A DNA stretch of 64,000 nt, from NCBI GenBank assembly GCA_044892505.1, contig CM097882.1, positions 561,968,001 to 562,032,000 on the forward strand. The letters are read 5' to 3'. The notes beneath the pieces are model-generated. The model was given only the letters and a program-made list of their open reading frames with translations. It was not told the DNA's origin and made no database searches. Each line of letters opens with the position of its first letter. Position 1 is the stretch's first letter. This stretch comes from Schmidtea nova. Taxonomy: Eukaryota. A program made the translations under genes and the position numbers. This document shows, piece after piece, positions 61,850-64,000 of the stretch.

Positions 61850-63900
61850 TTTTTCCTTTTGGGGTTTGGTTGGCTACCAAGTCTCAAATTCCCAATATGT
61901 CGGAATTTCCGAACCGCGGAGGCGGTTTAAATTATATAGATTTATTAATGGAAAATTAGGATACTGGATAGCCTGAGAAATCCATACATACTCATTTTCG
62001 GGAGGGGTAAACTAATGCGAAAAATTACTAATGAAATAGATTGTTTGGTTTGCATGGACATGATTCGAATTAGTTTCACTGTACAGTAAATATAACAACA
62101 ACTACAATAATGAAATCTAATTACTTAAAGAAGGGGTAGTGTAAAAAATATGTAGAGATTTCGACCCGACTTTTCGATAAGTACAGTAGGAAAATTTTTG
62201 ACCATGCTGTTGGACAAATGTTACGATAGATATTGATACTCTCCCACCAGAACACGTTCAATAGATAGATAGGAAAATAGGAGAAACATAGCAGGTGTCA
62301 TATTGAATGAGATAAAAGACAAATTAATTCATTAGAATAGATCATTATTTTGGACAGACTCAACATCTGATCAAATCCTTACGTCATCATTGAATGAATA
62401 TAGGAATCAATTAAAAAAGAAACGCTCCAGAAAATAGACCGATACTAATGAGAAGACAGTATAAATATACAGAACAGGTTGAATTCAGTAAAACTGGAAT
62501 AATACTTATTCCCAGAATTTTAGACGTTCGTAAGCATATAATTAAATTAATAAAGTAATTAAAATTTTTCTTGTTATTCTGCTAACATTAGATGGATAAA
62601 CTATCAGACCTGAAAGGAGAACAGATGGCCGTAGATGATTACCCAATAACAAAGATCATAAATGATATTACTGTAATAGCAATGCAGTTACGAGATCCGG
62701 TTCCATGGATCTTGGAGGATAAGACCGAAAGCCTGCTACTTCAACTAAAGGTGGACAATACGACTAACACGATGACCAGATGGTATGGACGAGGACAGGT
62801 GGAAACCGTTTGAAGAGACAGTCATAAGTGGCCTAACGATGTGAATTTGAAAGATGATGGAACACCAACTCATTTTATTATCTCCTAGAATACTGTACCA
62901 GGCTATTCCAGCATATCGTATGAAGGGAAAATTTCCAATGCCAAGTTAATGCTATGAGTAGATGTGTCACACCTCGTTTTCGAGCAAGAAAAATTCATGA
63001 AGGAAGTCATCAAATAGTATTTAGCCTGAAATGATATGATGAATGTTTTACTTTATTAGTGTTTTGATTTTTAACGTTGATAAATAAAAGTATTGTGTTT
63101 TATCAAGTCATTATATATGTGTTGTGTGAGAAATAAAGTATAATCATGAGGAAATAGATGATTCTGCGAATTTGCGTCAGTAACATCCAGATAGTAAATT
63201 TCCAACCGTTAAGTAATAAGGATGAAAATATCAAGGAAAAAAGATAAGAGATTGGGGGCCATAAAAGCCGAAAGTATTTATAAAATATTCAAAAGGTAAG
63301 AATACGTGATATTGCGTACAATATGTTATGATTGGGTTAGGAATGCGAAAAGTTTGTGTGAAATGTAATTAGATTCAATTTTTCTAGTAAATTACCGATG
63401 CCGGAAATCCTAGGGGAAAATATCCAAATGCGCAAGTGTTCTCGCTAGCAAGAGATGTGGAACCGACAGACAGAAGGGCGTCTCAAGACAGAATATGTGA
63501 ACTGAAAGCTACATTTCTTCGCCAATGGAGATTAAAAAGATACGCAACAGAGTGTCAAGAAAACTCGTGAGGATTTGCAGTAAAAATTAAATGAAACACG
63601 CTTAGAGCTACGAAATTGCATAGCTGCAAAGACCAAATTATTTGTACACCAAGAACTGATGGGGATGATAAGGCTATTAACCTTGGATTGCTGGTTCCCG
63701 CAGCCGTAGTCACGACTAAGCACAAAAAAGATGTACAGACTCCAAAGAATCCTATTAAAACCTCGAACCTAAATCGGATGAGTGATAAGAAAATACGCAC
63801 TCTCAAATGGCGACAGGAGAGTAAGTTCTACTACCAATTGATGAGACAGCTGGAATATATCAACGGATTATCATAGCTCGATCTCATTAACGAAATCAAC
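61850..63900 (+). mobile_element. Highly decayed LTR retrotransposon remnants
   Basis: Purine tract AAAGAAGGGGTAG followed by TGT near 62128-62143; RT-like fragment LPMPEILGE..PNAQVFS near 63395-63445; no intact frame. Confidence 0.4.
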
Positions 63901-64000
63901 CCTTTGTAAACATTATGTACATAATTTGAATAAAGTGCTGAGTGATTTGTTATTTGATGTATGTTGATAATGTTTATTGTATAAGTGTAAAGGGTAGCTG

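Overview
AT-rich eukaryotic (animal-like) nuclear scaffold with three N gaps and typical small introns of 41-49 nt. The dominant feature is a 13,094-bp near-perfect palindrome (9588-22681). It has Polinton/Maverick-type ends (5'-AGT...ACT-3') and a 6-bp target-site duplication (CTAATG). Each 6,131-bp arm carries one intact protein-primed family-B DNA polymerase gene, and the two copies point away from each other. I found no integrase, packaging ATPase, protease or capsid gene in the element. The polymerase gene appears to be spliced (3 introns, 1321 aa) behind a CCAAT/TATA promoter and contains an intact endonuclease-VII-like motif. The asymmetric centre holds exact 144-bp tandem repeats (5 left, 8 right) and a unique nested hairpin. 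The right half of the window is an MSH5 gene on the minus strand (recognised exons 36133-54696) with tiny introns plus three multi-kb introns. Those long introns contain a candidate antisense gene, a TIR element whose cargo ORF is split by a hAT insertion, an intronless 303-aa orphan ORF, a decayed Gypsy element and many MITEs. The rest is decayed Penelope (with a hammerhead-like motif), hAT, Tc1 and mariner sequence. All calls are by eye; no searches were run.
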